Below, in pieces: positions 60,796 through 64,000 of a stretch of DNA of 64,000 bases. Each line of letters starts with the position of its first letter. The stretch's first letter is position 1. The stretch is from an uncultured Planctomycetota bacterium (GTDB lineage: Bacteria > Planctomycetota > Planctomycetia > Pirellulales > Lacipirellulaceae), in assembly GCA_963719315.1 (NCBI GenBank), contig CAVRBU010000002.1, forward strand, positions 160,001-224,000. The letters are read 5' to 3'. The position numbers and the translations under genes are program-made. A model generated the notes under the pieces. The model made no database searches. It was not told the origin of the DNA and worked only from the letters and a program-made list of their open reading frames with translations.

Positions 60796-63700
60796 ATGTT
60801 TTTTGGCTTCGCAAGGATTCGGCGACAGGTGCGGCAGCAACGCGCGTCGGTTGGGATTCCGACTTTATCGGCGGCACTTGCTCTTCTCATTGCATTGCCG
60901 TGCGCTGCCATCGCCGTTGAGCCAGCGGAAGATTTTGTAAAGGGCCTGCAGGATCGCGGACTGCATGAGTTAGCGCTCGAATACTTGGATGGATTGAAGT
61001 CGAGCCCGCTGGCCGACGAAGCAACGCGCAAACAGATTCCGTACTTGCGCGGCGTGGCGCTAATCGAACAATCGCGGCAGTCTGCCGACCCAGCCGCCCG
61101 CAATCGGCTCCTGGATGATGCGCGGAAAGAGCTCGAGCAATATGCGGAGGCGAATCCTCAAAGTGTGCCAGGCGCCGAGCGCAACTGCAGTTGGCAACCG
61201 TACAGATGGCGCGCGGGCAGGAACTAGTGGCCGAGGCCGCCAAGCTTCCGCAGGAAAAGATTTACGACGGCCAGCGGAAGAACCTGAATCGCGACGCCCG
61301 CATGCGTTTTGCCGAGGCCCGCGAAACATTTCAACGCGCCGAATCGACCTACACCAAAGAACTGGAGAAGTTGCCGCCTACATTGAGCAACGAAGCCCGC
61401 GACGATACGGGATCGCAGCGCCAGCAGTTTCGCGGCCGCGTCGCTCAGTTGCGCTACCTGGCATCGCAAACGCAATTCGAATTGGCCCGCACGTACCCCC
61501 CTGAGGCCGATGAATACAAACAACTCAACAAGACTGCCGCCGATGAACTGGCTGCCGTCTACGAAGAATTCGGCCGAAGCGCCAATTCCTTCGTCGGACT
61601 CTACGCGCATCTTGCGGAAGGACGCTGCTATCAGGCGATCGGCGAATACACGATGGCGCTCGGCTGCTACGAAGATATCTTGAAGCAGCCCAACGTGCTG
61701 GCGCCGTTTCGAAAACTCATCGCCACGGCTTTGCAGCGTAAAGCCGAAGTGCTCATTGCGCAAGAGAAGTACGATCCCGCGATCGACGCCTGCAACGCCT
61801 GCTTGAAGGACGCGCGCCAAGACGAGGAAAAGCAGCCGGAATGGCTGGCCGTGCGCTATCGCTTGGCGGAAGCACTTTCGAAGAAGGCCAATACCGTGGC
61901 AACCGATTCGCTCGAACAAAAGAAACTGCTCGCCGAAGCCCACGAGGCGTATCGATTCGTCGCCAAGATGCCAAGCGAGTTCCAGGCGGTGGCGCGGACC
62001 GCGGCGGCTGGGCCGTTCGGATCGACAGCAGGCGAGGCGATTAAGAAGGAGGAGCCGCGAACCTTTCAGGCCGCATACGATTTGGGTAAGGATGCGCTGG
62101 CCTCGTACAATGCGGCAAAGCTGGCGATTCCAAGCGCGGAAAAAAATAATCCCCCTGCCGTGCCGCTACTTCAGGCCCAAATGGAACGCGGCAAGGAGGA
62201 CGCTCGACACTACTTTCGTCTGGCCTCCACGCTCGTGGAAGTGGACACCGACCCCAAGCTCGTCAACGAAGTCCGCTATTTCCTGTGCTGGCTATATTGG
62301 GAAGCTGAAGATTATTATCGGGCCGCGGTGCTGGGTGACTTCTTGGCGCGGCGATTTCCCGACCATCCAGTCGCAAGTTCGGCGGCCAAGATTTCAATGG
62401 CCTCCTTCGAGCGGCTTTATAACCAGGCGCTGGCCGCGGGCACAAAAAAGGATGACGGGGAATTCGAAGCGCGGCAAATGGCTCAGATGGCGGAATTCAT
62501 CGTCCGCCGCTGGCCCGGCACCGAAGATGCCGACGCCGCTTTTGGCGTTCTGGTAAGCGTCGCCATTCGCAGCGGAAAGACGGACGATGCGGAGCGACTC
62601 CTCCAGCAGGCTTCACCCCAATCGCGACCGCGGCTGGAGCTCATGCTCGGCAACGCAATGTGGGGGCGATACCTAGAACTATCGCAGCCCGATCAAGCCA
62701 CTCCACCGGACGCGGACGCGCTCGCCAAACTGAAATCATCGGCGGTGAAGTACCTGCATCGTGGTTTCGACGCCGCCCGTAAAGAGGCGAACGTGAGTGA
62801 CGCCGCCGCGACCGCAGCCCTCTATTTGGTTCAAGCGCTCCTCAGCGACGGCAACTACACCGACGCAATTGGATTACTGGAAAACAAGAAATCGGGGCCG
62901 CTGACGCTCATCCAAAAGAATCAATCGACTGCCTCGAAGCCGCCGTATGCGATCGAGGCTTACAAAGCGGCGCTCCGGGCGTATGTGTCCGTCACGCCGC
63001 CCGATGACAAAAAAGCCGTCGCCACGATGCAATCTCTGGAAAAAGTCGTCAAGGCGAGCGGCGAGGCCGACGGCAAAGCCGGCGAACAGCTCACGCGAAT
63101 CTACATTGGCATGAGTATGGCGCTACAGAAACAAATGGAAGAACTCCGCGCCGCCGGTAAGCAGCAAGAGGCGACTCGCGTGGCCGCCGCCTTCGCGCAA
63201 TTCCTCGACCGCATCCGCGCCCAACGAGGCGATACGAACTGGCCCACTCGCGTCTGGCTCGCACAAATGTACTACACCATGGGCACCGATGATCCGTCTC
63301 TTCAGCAAGCCGGATCGACTCCAGCCCCCACCGCCCCGCCCAGCAAGCAAGCGCGCGACTACCTCGCAAAATCCCGCGACGCCTATCAGCAGCTTCTCGA
63401 CGATGTGACCAAGGACCCCAAGCTCGCTCCCAGCGAAAACGCCGTGCTAGCCGCAAGACTGCAGCTTGGCGAGTGTTACCGCGCACTCGGTCAATATGAC
63501 AAAGCGCTCGACACGTTTTCCGATATCTTGCGCGAAAAGGAAGCGTCGCTCGCCGTACAAAGGTCTGCGGCACTTGCTTACCAGGATCGAGGCCAGCACG
63601 AAAACCCCCAGTGGTTCGAGCGAGCTATCCACGGTGGATATCAGTTGAAATCAACTGGCCAGAACCGCATCTGGGGATGGCTGCGAATTTCGCAAGTGGC

Positions 63701-63944
63701 TGCCCGGGCCGCGCAATCGGACCCGAAATTCAACGACTCATTTTATGAAGCCCGACTAAACATCTCGAAATGCCGCTACTTGGCTGCGATGAAACAGTCG
63801 GGCGACGCGCGGCGACAAGACCTGACCAAAGCCAAGCAAAGCATCTTGTCGCTCGCCCAGCTTTACCCAACCCTGGGGGGCGAACGCTGGAAGCCGGAGT
63901 TCGACGCGCTACTAAAGCAGATTCAATCGGCAGAGAATGAATAA
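60796..63944 (+). CDS. Giant secreted TPR-like protein, split by a -1 frameshift near 61179
   Basis: Signal peptide then AEDFVKGLQDRG; adding one G gives GAEAQLQLATVQM and joins the 917-aa TPR-rich ORF; start uncertain. Confidence 0.82.
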
Positions 63945-64000
63945 CCTCCCGCCGCGAAGATTTGGCCGGCCAATTCAAGTTTGAAGAATTGAACGCAGAA

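Overview
GC-rich bacterial window. The gene content (DUF1080 and DUF1559-type pilin-like proteins, sulfotransferases, giant TPR proteins) points to a Planctomycete, probably Pirellulales; this assignment is inference. The left part carries housekeeping and accessory genes: acnA, a PIN toxin-antitoxin pair, an MFS transporter, an EEP nuclease, pyrB, an ABC-2 permease, argG, terC, a kinase and a sulfotransferase. A flhA-flhF-flhG-hyp-fliA unit lies on the minus strand, followed by a RelE/Phd pair, DinB and mdh. A large flagellar cluster follows (TPR, flgN, sigma54 two-component pair, flgBC-fliEFGHIJ-hyp-fliK-flgDE-fliLNOPQR-flhB), then a pilin-like gene, a sulfotransferase, an ECF sigma factor and a giant TPR protein. 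The most unusual signal is about 18 loci of 7-bp-period tandem arrays in about 9 sequence classes. Most are arranged as inverted pairs at gene junctions. One pair brackets a four-helix-bundle (23S-IVP/Avd-like) gene that is itself disrupted by a heptamer expansion, and one pair sits in-frame inside flhF. Also present are a 122-bp MITE-like element in two copies (TIRs, 8-bp TSD-like flanks, REP doublet inside), several REP-like palindrome families, a domain shared between FlgD and FlgE, and five single-base frameshifts that are probably assembly errors. No rRNA, tRNA or CRISPR array was recognised.
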